Shown here: positions 46,386 through 56,038 of the stretch, piece after piece | Position numbering within the stretch: position 1 is the stretch's first letter | Layout of the letters: each line of letters opens with the position of its first letter | Assembly: GCA_030649735.1 (NCBI GenBank) | Contig: JAUSFL010000036.1 | Span: forward strand, 79,283 to 143,282 | Length of the DNA stretch: 64,000 nucleotides | Source of the DNA: Candidatus Iainarchaeum sp. | Lineage (GTDB): Archaea; Iainarchaeota; Iainarchaeia; Iainarchaeales; UBA10191 | Direction of reading: 5' to 3' | Notes under the pieces: generated by a model | What the model was told of the DNA's origin: nothing | Databases searched by the model: none | What the model saw: only the letters and a program-made list of their open reading frames with translations | Translations under genes and position numbers: made by a program

Positions 46386-46943
46386 ATGCAGGGAAAAACT
46401 CCAAGCGAAGTCATGCTATTGCATCACGGCGAAGTTCCTGTAAAAATGCGCCGCGGAAACAGGATTACCAGAATGTACTTTCCGCAATTGACAAAGCCTT
46501 TAAGGCACGCTGAAATCCAAAAAATGAGAAAGTCCGGAGAACTGGTTTTAGGAAAAGACTGCAAGGTCCATTCTAACGGGCTTGTGGAAATCCGCGTCAT
46601 TCCAGTAGTTTATGAAATTCCACCAGATGCAAAAAAGCTCCTTGCGAAAGAAAACTGGCTTACTGGAAGCAAAAGGAACGCATTCATGCAATTGCTCAAG
46701 AGAGTGAAAAAGCCAGTCAGGATTCACTCAAACCACATTATATTGACTGAAACTCTTCCAGTAAAATTGCCTAAAGATGTCGCAATGTTTTTTCAAAGGA
46801 CAACTGACGGAAGCAGCGTCCACATTCAATCGCACTTGATAGACCCTGGATTTAAGGGCCCAATTGCAATGGAATTGCTTGGCTTTCATGAAAAAAAATC
46901 AAGGCCGGACACAGTGCTCGCATGGCTTTGCAGGGCAGAGTGA
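46386..46943 (+). CDS. dCTP deaminase/dUTPase-superfamily protein
   Basis: 'RTTDGSSVHIQSHLIDPGFKGPIAMELLGF' matches the dCTP deaminase 'SSLGRLGL…IDPGFRG…LEL' signature. The track ORF starts at 46128, but the first 86 codons have non-protein-like composition, so the start is placed at the Met 'MQGKTPSEV'. The choice is uncertain. Confidence 0.5.
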   Translation: MQGKTPSEVMLLHHGEVPVKMRRGNRITRMYFPQLTKPLRHAEIQKMRKSGELVLGKDCKVHSNGLVEIRVIPVVYEIPPDAKKLLAKENWLTGSKRNAFMQLLKRVKKPVRIHSNHIILTETLPVKLPKDVAMFFQRTTDGSSVHIQSHLIDPGFKGPIAMELLGFHEKKSRPDTVLAWLCRAE

Positions 46944-46948
46944 AATAA

Positions 46949-48715
46949 ATGCCAAAAGTTGTTCTTTTTGACTTTTCAGAACAGCCAAGCCTTGGGCTTG
47001 CCTCATTGCAGCATTCTCTCCAAGAGAAAGGAATTTCCTGCCTGATTGTGAATCTTTATGCAAAAGAAGAGTTTGACTTCAAGGCAAGGGTTGAAAGCGC
47101 GCTTAAAGCAATAATGAAAAACCGCGAGGCAATTAAGGAAGCAAAATACCTTGGGATGCCATTTTTCAGGCAGGATTTTGAAATCCGCGCGCGAATGCCA
47201 ATAGCAAAAGGCCTGAAAGCCAGGTTTCCTGAAAAGATTTTGATCGGAGGCGGAGTAGGCCTCATTTCAAACCCGCGCGGATTTTTCAGGAAGGGAATGC
47301 TTGACTATGCATTGATTGGAGAGGCAGAGAAAACATTGCCTCAGCTAATTATTGCGCTTGAAGAAAGGCGTAGCGCGCAAGAAATTGAAAAAATTCCTGG
47401 AATCATAATGAAAAAAGGAAGCAGGATTTTTGTTTCAAAAACTTCAGGCAGGCTTTCACAAACAGAGCTTGAGAAAATGCCCTTGCTTTCTTCATTACTT
47501 GGAAAAAGAGCAATTGTGTTTACCGAGCGGGGCTGTCCTTTCAAATGCATTTTCTGCTCATGCCCTAATGTTGGCAGTGTAAGGTACATGAGCGAAGACA
47601 GGATTATTCAAGGATTAAAGGAACTCGCCCAGAATAAAAAAATCACTTTAGTCCAATTCCAGAACGACCAATTCCTTGCAAACAGGCAAAGGGCGCTTTC
47701 ACTGGTCAGGCGGCTTTCAAGCGAAGGATTAAACAAAAGATTCAAGTTTGGAATGATGACTTCAGTGGACTTATTCTACAGGAAAGGAGTCATTGACGCT
47801 GAACTAATTCAAGCATTAAAGAAAGCAAGATTTGGGGAAATCGCGCTGGGAGTCGAGGCATTCAATGACAACATCCTAAAAGAAATAAAGCATGGAAGAT
47901 ATACTGCAATCCAGGCTTCAAGGCTTATTAAAGAGCTTTCAAGGAATGGATTCCACACAGATTTATTGACCATTGCGGCAAGCATTAAAACAAAACCTTC
48001 AGAATTCGCCCAATCAATTTACACAATGGCTGCATTGTCCGCAAGGAGAAGAGCAAGCGTTGTTTCTCCAGGAATGATTCATGCGACTCCAGACATGCCA
48101 GTCTTTAAGACTGCCGCAAGGGAAGGAGTGCTTTACGGCCTTAATGGAAAAAAAGCAAACGAAAGCACTGCAAGAAAGAATTTGAAAAATTATTACGCAC
48201 TGCCAAAAGATGAACGATTAAGGGAATTATTCATTAGGATTTTGAAAAAGAAAAGGATTGACGGCTTTATCACAAGCGGAAAAGACCTGGCTGACTTGCG
48301 AAAATTTGTTGAAGAGAACGCGCCAGAATATTCAGAAAAATTCAAGAGGCTTGAAGGATTAATGAGGGCCAATGCGCTTGACCGCAAGGTGAAAGACGTA
48401 GTGCTTAAGGCAAGCGTTCGCGGGCTCATGCGGGAAAAGACAGGCGCTGAAAAGTCAGGCAGCAAAGACGTGGAAAAATTCTACGGAAGCCTTCCACTTG
48501 GGAAAAGAAAGGCGCTTATCAGGGGCGCTGTTGATTTTGTTGAGGATTACAGGAAAGTGCAGGGAAGAATTGCAAGAATTGACGGCAGGAGCGAAAAGCT
48601 TTCGCAAGGGCAAGGCCTGAAAAGACTGCGAATGATTCAAAAGGCCAGAAGCAAGTTCGGCATTTCTCCAATTTCAGGATTTAACGCAATTTGGAGAAGA
48701 AGGCTTCCAAAATAA
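46949..48715 (+). CDS. B12-binding-domain radical SAM protein with long basic C-terminal extension
   Basis: N-terminal cobalamin-binding-like domain, then the radical SAM cluster motif 'CPFKCIFCSC'. The C-terminal ~150 aa are basic. Confidence 0.6.
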   Translation: MPKVVLFDFSEQPSLGLASLQHSLQEKGISCLIVNLYAKEEFDFKARVESALKAIMKNREAIKEAKYLGMPFFRQDFEIRARMPIAKGLKARFPEKILIGGGVGLISNPRGFFRKGMLDYALIGEAEKTLPQLIIALEERRSAQEIEKIPGIIMKKGSRIFVSKTSGRLSQTELEKMPLLSSLLGKRAIVFTERGCPFKCIFCSCPNVGSVRYMSEDRIIQGLKELAQNKKITLVQFQNDQFLANRQRALSLVRRLSSEGLNKRFKFGMMTSVDLFYRKGVIDAELIQALKKARFGEIALGVEAFNDNILKEIKHGRYTAIQASRLIKELSRNGFHTDLLTIAASIKTKPSEFAQSIYTMAALSARRRASVVSPGMIHATPDMPVFKTAAREGVLYGLNGKKANESTARKNLKNYYALPKDERLRELFIRILKKKRIDGFITSGKDLADLRKFVEENAPEYSEKFKRLEGLMRANALDRKVKDVVLKASVRGLMREKTGAEKSGSKDVEKFYGSLPLGKRKALIRGAVDFVEDYRKVQGRIARIDGRSEKLSQGQGLKRLRMIQKARSKFGISPISGFNAIWRRRLPK

Positions 48716-48721
48716 GAAATT

Positions 48722-49309
48722 CTAGAATCTTCTATTGAATCCAAACTCATGCTCTGGCGGAGTTGGAGGCCTGGCGAACAAGAAATGTTTTGGATCATCG
48801 CCGCGCAGTTCTTCAATGATTCTCTTGATTATTGTTTTCAAGGCGTCAGGCATTAAAGGAACGCGCGTTTCAATCTCTTTCAAGTTCTCGAACTGCTTTT
48901 TTTGCCTTTCTGCAAGAATGTCCATCATGTGCTTTTTTCCCAAGCCGGGCAAGAGCTCTAGCTGGTGCCTCTTAATGGTGATAGAGCCCGCAGTGTTAAA
49001 GAATTTCACAAACCTTGGCTCGTCTTCCAAAACTACTTTTTCAATTGCCTTTTCCAATTCAGCAACAGCAGTGGACGTAAGCTCGTTGAAAGTAAGGCGC
49101 TTTTTGATTTGAAGGATTTTGTCGCGCTTGTCCCTGCCGACATAAACTTTTTCCAAAGTCAAAAGCTCGTCTTTTGGGACAACTTCCAATAGAGTGAAGA
49201 ATGCAATTCCCAAAACCTGGGCTACTGGCTCTGGCCTGAAAGAAGCGCTCCGGCCTTTAGCCAAATAATCCAATACAATCGCGTACTCTTCATTAGGCAT
49301 TCCGACCAC
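48722..49309 (-). CDS. DUF655-family archaeal nucleic-acid-binding protein (OB/HhH)
   Basis: Conserved archaeal neighbour of rpoF/L21e/ksgA. The 'LELLPGLGKKHMMDILAER' helix-hairpin-helix is present. Confidence 0.5.
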   Translation of the reverse strand: MVGMPNEEYAIVLDYLAKGRSASFRPEPVAQVLGIAFFTLLEVVPKDELLTLEKVYVGRDKRDKILQIKKRLTFNELTSTAVAELEKAIEKVVLEDEPRFVKFFNTAGSITIKRHQLELLPGLGKKHMMDILAERQKKQFENLKEIETRVPLMPDALKTIIKRIIEELRGDDPKHFLFARPPTPPEHEFGFNRRF

Positions 49310-49335
49310 TCTCTCATTGAAAACCCATCTGCTAA

Positions 49336-49668
49336 TTATTGCGCGTTTTTAACTGCTTTCAAAATGTTCTGCAAATCATCGTCCTTGATTTTGCTTCCTT
49401 TCTGGACAATCAATCTCAAGACATCCATGTTTTGCGGCAAAATGTCAATTATTTTCACTGCCAATTCATCATTCATTCCTTCAATTTGCCTTAATTCTTC
49501 CAAAAGCTTTGCTGCCTTTGTTTTAGCGATCTTCGCGTATTTTTTAACGTAATCATTGGTCAAGTTTTGCTCGTAAGTCAATTCGCCCTGCTCAGAGCGC
49601 TCTTTCAAGTAATCCTTCACGTCAACCAATGGAATTGGTTTAGTGGCCAAAAGTTTTTTTCCAATCAT
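49336..49668 (-). CDS. rpoF: DNA-directed RNA polymerase subunit F (Rpb4 homologue)
   Basis: 110-aa ORF in the conserved position beside L21e, with an Rpb4-like helical pattern. Confidence 0.6.
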   Translation of the reverse strand: MIGKKLLATKPIPLVDVKDYLKERSEQGELTYEQNLTNDYVKKYAKIAKTKAAKLLEELRQIEGMNDELAVKIIDILPQNMDVLRLIVQKGSKIKDDDLQNILKAVKNAQ

Positions 49669-49683
49669 TCAAATCCACACCCT

Positions 49684-49986
49684 TTAAGCTGCCTTTCCAA
49701 CCTGCAAAGTCTTCAAATGCGCCGCAGTCACAATCAAGGTTCTCGGGGCATTTCCTTCCCTTAATGCTACCTTGAATGCCTTGCCTTGCTTTCCAATGAC
49801 TTTTCCGGAAATTCCCTGGTACCGCCTGAATGGAATTCCTGAATGATGGCTGGAATTAATGTTAATTTGCACTGTAGTCCCTTCGGGAAACTCTTTCAAA
49901 AGCCTGCTTACTGAAAGCTTGCTTCCCTTTCTCTTGAATTTATCCCTGGTTTTTGCCCTGATTCCCTTTGCTTTCTTGTTTGTCAA
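49684..49986 (-). CDS. rpl21e: Ribosomal protein L21e
   Basis: 'KGIRAKTRDKFKRK…VQININSSHHSGIPFRRYQGISGKVIGKQGKAFKV' L21e signature. Confidence 0.8.
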   Translation of the reverse strand: MTNKKAKGIRAKTRDKFKRKGSKLSVSRLLKEFPEGTTVQININSSHHSGIPFRRYQGISGKVIGKQGKAFKVALREGNAPRTLIVTAAHLKTLQVGKAA

Positions 49987-50134
49987 AAAAACTCACCACT
50001 CTTCATTTAAAGTTTATAAATACCACTATTCAAGACTAACGAATAGAATACAATAAAGTTCAAGCAAAAGCCTTTTTAAAGAAAGCGTCAATTAAAGAAA
50101 AAACAGAAAAAAAGGAAAAAGAAGAAGAGCGATT

Positions 50135-50638
50135 TCAAGCGCTCTTCAAAATTAAAAGGCAGACTGTTTGTGCAGTGTTTTCAGGAAGTGTATTACCATT
50201 GCCGCATTGCATGTCGCCAGCTTGAATCTGCAGATCTTGCAAGTCATTCATTAAGCTTTGGCTATCATCACAGATTACGCCAATGCTTGCCCTTTGCGGT
50301 CCAGAGCCAGTATAGATTAGCATTACACCACCACCTGAACTAGGACTAGGAAAATGAAAGTTGGAGTTTCCTGCAAAATCGCCAGTGCCAATGCAGATTT
50401 GCTCTGAAGCAAGTTGCTTAGAATTGGCTGAAATTACTTTTGAACTTAAATTGCTGTTTTGTGAATCAAAAACAACAACTTGGCTTTGAACATATTCTGA
50501 AGGCTGGTCTACTTGGTTTTTTATCATGTCTGAAGCCACATCATTTGGGGAAGTTTGCGGGAATGTTGGAGAACCAATGCACCCAAACAATAAGACTGAA
50601 AATAATGCTAAAATCGTTAGAATTGCTAATTTCTTCAA
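50135..50638 (-). CDS. Secreted lipoprotein, unknown function
   Basis: Signal peptide plus lipobox 'VLLFGC'. Confidence 0.5.
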   Translation of the reverse strand: MKKLAILTILALFSVLLFGCIGSPTFPQTSPNDVASDMIKNQVDQPSEYVQSQVVVFDSQNSNLSSKVISANSKQLASEQICIGTGDFAGNSNFHFPSPSSGGGVMLIYTGSGPQRASIGVICDDSQSLMNDLQDLQIQAGDMQCGNGNTLPENTAQTVCLLILKSA

Positions 50639-50809
50639 TAAACCACCTCAAAGGATTAGAGATTAAGCCAAAGGTAGTATTTATTGGTTTTTACAATAAA
50701 ACCTCCCAAAGCCTCAAAGTCACTTTATCCAGGGAATGAGATGTTTGTTTATAAAGGTTTGTTCCCAGTATTTTAATAGGTTTTTAAAGGCCTTTTATTT
50801 AAAGGGCTT

Positions 50810-51580
50810 TTGAATGGGGAGTGGGTTTTAATGGATTATCAAATTGTGAATCTTGTTGCGTCGGCAAACTTGAATGCTACTTTGGACTTGTACAATTTGG
50901 CTGTTTCAGTGCCTAACATTGAGTACGAGCCAGAACAATTTCCCGGAGCAATCCTGAAATTGAAAGAGCCGAAAGTCAGCATGCTCTTGTTCAAGAATGG
51001 AAAAGTAATCTGCTCTGGAGCAAGCAGCGAAGAGCAAATCGAGCAAGGCATAAGGAAAGCAAGCAAATTAATCCATGAAATCCAGCCAAGCGTTAAAGTA
51101 TTGGACAAGGTCACTTACACTGTTGTAAACCTTGTTGCCACTGGAAACTTGCATCAAACCCTTGACCTTTTCAAAACCGCAATGACTCTTGATAATGTAG
51201 AGTACGAGCCAGAGCAATTTCCTGGAGCAATTTTGCGCATTACAGACCCTAAAATTACCTTGCTGCTTTTCAAGAATGGAAAAGTAATTTGCGCGGGCGC
51301 CAAGAAAGAAGAAGATTTGAGGAGGGGCCTGGAAAAAGCGCAGAAAATGGTGAAAGGAATCAAAGGAAACACTTCAAAAACCTTTGATGACGAGGAAGAC
51401 ATTGAGGACGAAAAGCCAAAAGCCCCAAAGAAAATTGCAATGCCCGCAAAGGCAGAAAAGCCAGTGGAAGTCAAGGCAGCCCAAAAAACAGTGGTTAAAG
51501 CAAAGCCTGCAAAAGCCAAGGCAAAGCCAGCGGCAAAAAAGGCCTTAAAGCCTAAAGCAAAGGGAAAAAAGAAAAAGTAA
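50810..51580 (+). CDS. tbp: TATA-box binding protein with acidic-then-lysine-rich (histone-H1-like) C-terminal tail
   Basis: Two TBP repeats ('VNLVASANLNATLDL…FPGAILKL…LLFKNGKVICSGA' and 'VNLVATGNLHQTLDL…FPGAILRI…LLFKNGKVICAGA'). The tail 'DDEEDIEDEKPKAPKK…KAKPAKAKAKPAAKKALKPKAKGKKKK' follows. The true start may be the Met at 50831. Confidence 0.8.
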   Translation: MNGEWVLMDYQIVNLVASANLNATLDLYNLAVSVPNIEYEPEQFPGAILKLKEPKVSMLLFKNGKVICSGASSEEQIEQGIRKASKLIHEIQPSVKVLDKVTYTVVNLVATGNLHQTLDLFKTAMTLDNVEYEPEQFPGAILRITDPKITLLLFKNGKVICAGAKKEEDLRRGLEKAQKMVKGIKGNTSKTFDDEEDIEDEKPKAPKKIAMPAKAEKPVEVKAAQKTVVKAKPAKAKAKPAAKKALKPKAKGKKKK

Positions 51581-51588
51581 ACGCTGGC

Positions 51589-51596
51589 TTTATAAA
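51589..51596 (+). promoter_or_regulatory. Putative TATA box (TTTATAAA) for the 5S rRNA gene
   Basis: It is centred ~30 nt upstream of the predicted 5S 5' end and is preceded by purine-rich BRE-like sequence. Confidence 0.4.
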
Positions 51597-51621
51597 AGTT
51601 TTTTAACAATAATTAGTTTGA

Positions 51622-51737
51622 TTGGCGGTCATGCCGCAAGGGCAACACCCGGACTCTTCCCGAACCCGGAAGTGAAGACTTGCAGGGTATAGGATAGCAC
51701 TGCACTTATGTGTGGAGCTTCTTGGACGCTGCCAATC
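51622..51737 (+). rRNA. rrf: 5S ribosomal RNA (stand-alone copy)
   Basis: '…GCGGTCATGCCGCAAGGGCAACACCCGGACTCTTCCCGAACCCGGAAGTGAAG…GGATAGCACTG…GACGCTGCCAA' matches the universally conserved 5S core (ACACCCGG…CGAACCCGGAAGU.AAG). The 5'/3' ends pair as helix I. Confidence 0.7.
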
Positions 51738-51837
51738 ACTTTTGATATTTTACATATTTTCTAATGCCTGCAATTGGCACTCTGCCCAAAAGCATGTTTT
51801 TATACTACCTCAAGTCTATTTTCAGTAAGGTAAGAAC

Positions 51838-52353
51838 TTGGTTGATAAAGAAAACAGTCCGCCTACAATAAGGCAGTATCCTCTTGAAAGAAGGAAGATA
51901 TTGAAAAGGTACTTGGCAAGCGAGTTAGGCAAGCTAGTTTTGTGGGCTGTAATTTCAGTCGTTTTATTGCTTATTTCTTTTTCTCCACAGCTTTCTGGCA
52001 GTGCTTTTTTGATTTGGGGATTTATAACCGGTTTGTTTGTCGTATACTCGATAGTCAACTGGTGGTACCAGAACAAATATTTTGAAAGTTACTATTATGA
52101 CATAAGAAAGAATTTTTTAGTCATAAAAAAAGGCGTTTTCATGCCTAGGGAAACCACTTTGCCTTTTGACAAGCTTCAGGACGTTTACATGGACCAGGAT
52201 TTCTTGGACAGATTATTTAACTTATGGGACTTGCACGTGTCAACCGCAACAATATCATCAGGCTTCAACGCCCACATTGACGGAGTGAGCAAAGAAAACG
52301 CAGAATTAATGAGAGAAATGCTTTTGTCAATGATTAAAAAAGAGCAAAAGTAG
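51838..52353 (+). CDS. bPH_2 (YdbS-like) membrane-flanked PH-domain protein
   Basis: Two TM helices, then 'IRKNFLVIKKGVFMPRETTLPFDKLQDVYMDQDFLDRLFNLWDLHVST'. Confidence 0.6.
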   Translation: MVDKENSPPTIRQYPLERRKILKRYLASELGKLVLWAVISVVLLLISFSPQLSGSAFLIWGFITGLFVVYSIVNWWYQNKYFESYYYDIRKNFLVIKKGVFMPRETTLPFDKLQDVYMDQDFLDRLFNLWDLHVSTATISSGFNAHIDGVSKENAELMREMLLSMIKKEQK

Positions 52354-52380
52354 GTTTGCCGGCAATTAAAAGGAGAATTT

Positions 52381-53862
52381 TTGGTGGCTTTAGAAAAAAG
52401 AGTTTTTCAACCAAGCCTTTTGAGAGTCTGGGTTAATTCTGCAGTTGCGGCTGTTTTCCTTCTTTTCTTTATGGGTTTCCTTTTGATTCACCCAGTAGGC
52501 TTGCTCATTTACTTGACTATTGTCTTATTAGTTGCTGTCGTGAGCTACCTTGGCATTAAGCAAACATTTGTCGAGCTTAAAGAAAATGGCATTCAAATCA
52601 AAAGGGGAATAATACAAAAATCACAGTCGCTTTTTCTTTTTTCAGAAATGCAAGACGTTAATGAAAACCAAAGCTTTTTGGATGTCATTTTAGGGCTTAA
52701 ATCACTAAGCATTAAAACAATGACTTATTCTTCAGCAGTCCTGGGGATAATAGCTGGCTTGCGCGCTGAAGATGCCCAAGCAATAAGAGATTATGCTTTG
52801 GAGAACATAGAACGCGCATCCGTGAGTAAAGCAAAATCAAAAAGCCTTAAAGAAGACAAGGCAACAGTCATGATGCCTGAAAATGAAAAGGAGCTGGTGC
52901 AAAATCCATGGCCACTTCACTTCTTTAAACCAGTTGCAATTTATTTTGGCTTTACAATTATAATTTCAATTTTACTGGCAGTTTTATGGCTGGCTTTTCC
53001 CCAATCTTCAGTGTTTTGGTTGATTATTATCATGGTTTGGGCTGGCCTTGCATTTGCAGTCATTAGAGTTGGGATACAGTCAATATCCTACAATTATTTC
53101 ATGGGTAAAACTCGCTTGAGCATAGTTCAAGGAATAATCTCTTTCAGGCGTCAAAGTATTCCATTCAGCAAAGTGCAGGATATTATCATAAGGCAGAGCT
53201 TTTTCAACAAAATAATTGGCTTAAGCAGTGTTTTTGTTGATACTGGCGAAGCAATGGTTTTCGACAATTCAAGCGAGAGAAACTCGTTTCTTGGAAATAT
53301 GGTTCCTTTCATTTCTTTGGAGAATGCAATTGAATTCAGGAAGAGAATATTTGATTATTTGCGCATTGGATTGATTGAAAAACCAGTCCCGCTCAGCAAG
53401 AGCATTCCTTTGGAGAAAAAGAAAATAATGAAAGAATCATTAAGGGCAATTATCGGGCTTGGCATTCTTTTCTTGATTGCAATAGGACTCTGCGCCACGC
53501 TGCAAAGCTTGCAACAATATCTTCAATTGGTTACGGCTATAGCCTTGGCTGGAATGGCAATTATAATACCTTTAACCATAATTTTCAATTATTTCTACTG
53601 GAAGAGCTATTACTACAACTTTTCTTCTGATGCTATCATTATTCGCAAGGGAGTTTTTGGCGTGAACGAGATTGTTCTTCCTTTTGAGAGAATACAAAAT
53701 GTCTTTGTTGACCAGGATTTCATAGACTGTGCATTAGGGTTGTATGATGTGCACTTTTCAACTGTCGCATGGCAGTCTTCATTTCTTTGCCACATAGACG
53801 GGCTCAACAAGGAAAATGCCGAGAAAATAAGGGACTTAATCAAAAACAGCATTGCTAACTGA
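52381..53862 (+). CDS. YdbT-like membrane protein with three bPH_2 domains
   Basis: Three repeats of the 'I.rkG.f….iP…iQdv…qsf….ig…l.v.T' pattern, separated by TM pairs. Confidence 0.6.
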   Translation: MVALEKRVFQPSLLRVWVNSAVAAVFLLFFMGFLLIHPVGLLIYLTIVLLVAVVSYLGIKQTFVELKENGIQIKRGIIQKSQSLFLFSEMQDVNENQSFLDVILGLKSLSIKTMTYSSAVLGIIAGLRAEDAQAIRDYALENIERASVSKAKSKSLKEDKATVMMPENEKELVQNPWPLHFFKPVAIYFGFTIIISILLAVLWLAFPQSSVFWLIIIMVWAGLAFAVIRVGIQSISYNYFMGKTRLSIVQGIISFRRQSIPFSKVQDIIIRQSFFNKIIGLSSVFVDTGEAMVFDNSSERNSFLGNMVPFISLENAIEFRKRIFDYLRIGLIEKPVPLSKSIPLEKKKIMKESLRAIIGLGILFLIAIGLCATLQSLQQYLQLVTAIALAGMAIIIPLTIIFNYFYWKSYYYNFSSDAIIIRKGVFGVNEIVLPFERIQNVFVDQDFIDCALGLYDVHFSTVAWQSSFLCHIDGLNKENAEKIRDLIKNSIAN

Positions 53863-53965
53863 CTCCAAAAACCGCCTTTGAACCAAAGGGCAGCTTTACA
53901 AAAGGTGTTTCTATTTAAACTTTAACCTGAATTAATTATAGAATAACACTTCTTGGTTTTAGCAA

Positions 53966-56038
53966 ATGAAGCATCATATTGACAAATTGAAAGAAAAGAT
54001 TTCAGAGCATAGAAAAGAGCTCTTTTTTGCATTCCTTATATTCCTGCTTGCCTTTGGAACCCGCGCGTTCTTAATGAAGTATGAACTGCCTTTCGAGTTT
54101 GACCCTTACTGGCATGCAAGAATGGTTTCTTACATTGTGCAAGGCCAGCCAGTGCCTGCGTTTGACCCAATGGCCTACTATTATAACCCGCAGCAAACAG
54201 ATTTTGGCTCTCCTTTGTTTTGGTATGCTGCGGCAGGCTTGTACACTATTGTGCATCCTTTCGGGCCTTACAGCAAGGATGCATTGATCTTAGTGATGAA
54301 TCTTTTGCCAGCGCTTTACGGCGCATTGGCAGCTTTCGTGGTTTTTTTCCTTGTAAAGGAAATTTACGGAAGAAAGCCGGCAATTGCAGCAGCAATTCTT
54401 GCAGCAGTGATTCCCGCGTTTGTTTATAGGACAATGGCTGGATTCTTTGAGCCAACTTCAAGCGGTTTTTTCTGGCTTGTTTCAGGGCTTTACTTCCTTG
54501 TAAAGGCAACAAACAATACTGAAAATCTCAAGAAAGGAATTATTTTTGCAATAGCAAGCGGCGCAATGCTTTCATTAATGGCTTTAAGCTGGAAGGGATT
54601 CACTTTCACTTACCTGTTCCTTTTGCCAATCGGATTTTTCACTCTCTTGAAAATCCTGACAAAGTCTGAAGTCAAGGATGGATTGAATTATGCGATTTAT
54701 TACTTGATTTCAATAGGCCTGATGACCCTAACTGGCTGGCTTATAGTGCAGGACAGGATTTTTTACAGCATTTTTGACAGCTTGAGCGGAATTGCGGGAA
54801 ATATTTTTGGAGGGTCGGGAAACTTGATTGTTGCCGGATTCCTGGCGCTTACAGTGCTGCTTGTAGTATTTGTTTTTGCTTTTGCAAAATTTTCAAAAAA
54901 AGAGTCAAAAGAAAAAGTGCTGTCTTATGCAAGCATTGCATTGCTTTACTTGTTTCTTATTGCATTTCTCGGAGTAGTCCTTTCAGGCGTGAACTTGAGC
55001 ACTACTGGAATTGGCTCAATGGTCGGCGAGGAAAGCAGGGGATTTGATTTTTTTGGGAACAAGTATAATGCTTTATTCTTCCTTGGCCTACTTGCCTTGG
55101 TTCTGATTCCTTTAAAAAATTATTTTGACGACAAGGACAGGAACAGCAACTTGGTGTTTTTCCTGGCTTTGGCGACTCTGGCGCTCGCATACATTAAATT
55201 GAAATTCACTTTCCTTTTTGGCCTGCCTTTGGCTGTTTCTTCATCAGTGGTTTTCTGGTTCGCTTTTGAAAAGCTTAAAGGAAACGCAAAAAAGGCAACA
55301 GTGTTGTTTTTGGGGTTTTTATTGCTGGTTGGAATTGCCGCCGGAACTTTCTTTGTTTCGCAAAACGTTCCAAACATTGAGGCAAATGACGGGTGGAAGG
55401 AAGCCTTAAAGTGGATTAGCACTAACACGCCAAAAGATGCAAAGTTTTTCAACTGGTGGAATCAAGGGCACTGGATTACTTTCATTGGAGAAAGAGCTGT
55501 CTTGATAGACAACAGGAATGCTGAAGGCCAGGGAAGAAGCGACAGCGCAAGGTTTTTCACTACAGACAATCCGGACATTGCCATCGGAATTATCCAGAAA
55601 TACAAGTCAGATTATATCATTGCCGACGAAGGCACTATTAGCTCGCAGTCAGGCCTTGTCCCTTACGCCATTGAACGCAACAAGGACGCCAATGAAGTGC
55701 AGAACAAAACTTTTTTCATGTTTTCATTGGATTGCTCGAAAACAGTCGCTGCAGTAAGCCTGACTGAAACTTTTGCCTGCGGGGGAAACAATTACACCAA
55801 GGAACAAATGGCACAGTTTCCAACAATTTGGCAGTCAAGCCCAAACAACATAATCAATGAAAGGACCCCAATATTCATTTACAGGGCCGCTGACAATTCC
55901 AAAATATTCGCATTATCTCCAGAAACAAACAACACTGTAATTGCAAAAATGTGGTTTAAGGAACCTACAATGATGAAAAACTTTGAAGAAGTTTATTCTG
56001 TAAAACAGGTTAAAGTCTTCAAGGTGAAAAAAGATTGA
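53966..56038 (+). CDS. aglB: Oligosaccharyltransferase AglB (STT3 family)
   Basis: 'FEFDPYWHARMVSY' (compare STT3 'EFDPWFNYR'), 13 or so TM helices, and 'FFNWWNQGHWITF', a WWDYG-type catalytic motif variant. Confidence 0.8.
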   Translation: MKHHIDKLKEKISEHRKELFFAFLIFLLAFGTRAFLMKYELPFEFDPYWHARMVSYIVQGQPVPAFDPMAYYYNPQQTDFGSPLFWYAAAGLYTIVHPFGPYSKDALILVMNLLPALYGALAAFVVFFLVKEIYGRKPAIAAAILAAVIPAFVYRTMAGFFEPTSSGFFWLVSGLYFLVKATNNTENLKKGIIFAIASGAMLSLMALSWKGFTFTYLFLLPIGFFTLLKILTKSEVKDGLNYAIYYLISIGLMTLTGWLIVQDRIFYSIFDSLSGIAGNIFGGSGNLIVAGFLALTVLLVVFVFAFAKFSKKESKEKVLSYASIALLYLFLIAFLGVVLSGVNLSTTGIGSMVGEESRGFDFFGNKYNALFFLGLLALVLIPLKNYFDDKDRNSNLVFFLALATLALAYIKLKFTFLFGLPLAVSSSVVFWFAFEKLKGNAKKATVLFLGFLLLVGIAAGTFFVSQNVPNIEANDGWKEALKWISTNTPKDAKFFNWWNQGHWITFIGERAVLIDNRNAEGQGRSDSARFFTTDNPDIAIGIIQKYKSDYIIADEGTISSQSGLVPYAIERNKDANEVQNKTFFMFSLDCSKTVAAVSLTETFACGGNNYTKEQMAQFPTIWQSSPNNIINERTPIFIYRAADNSKIFALSPETNNTVIAKMWFKEPTMMKNFEEVYSVKQVKVFKVKKD

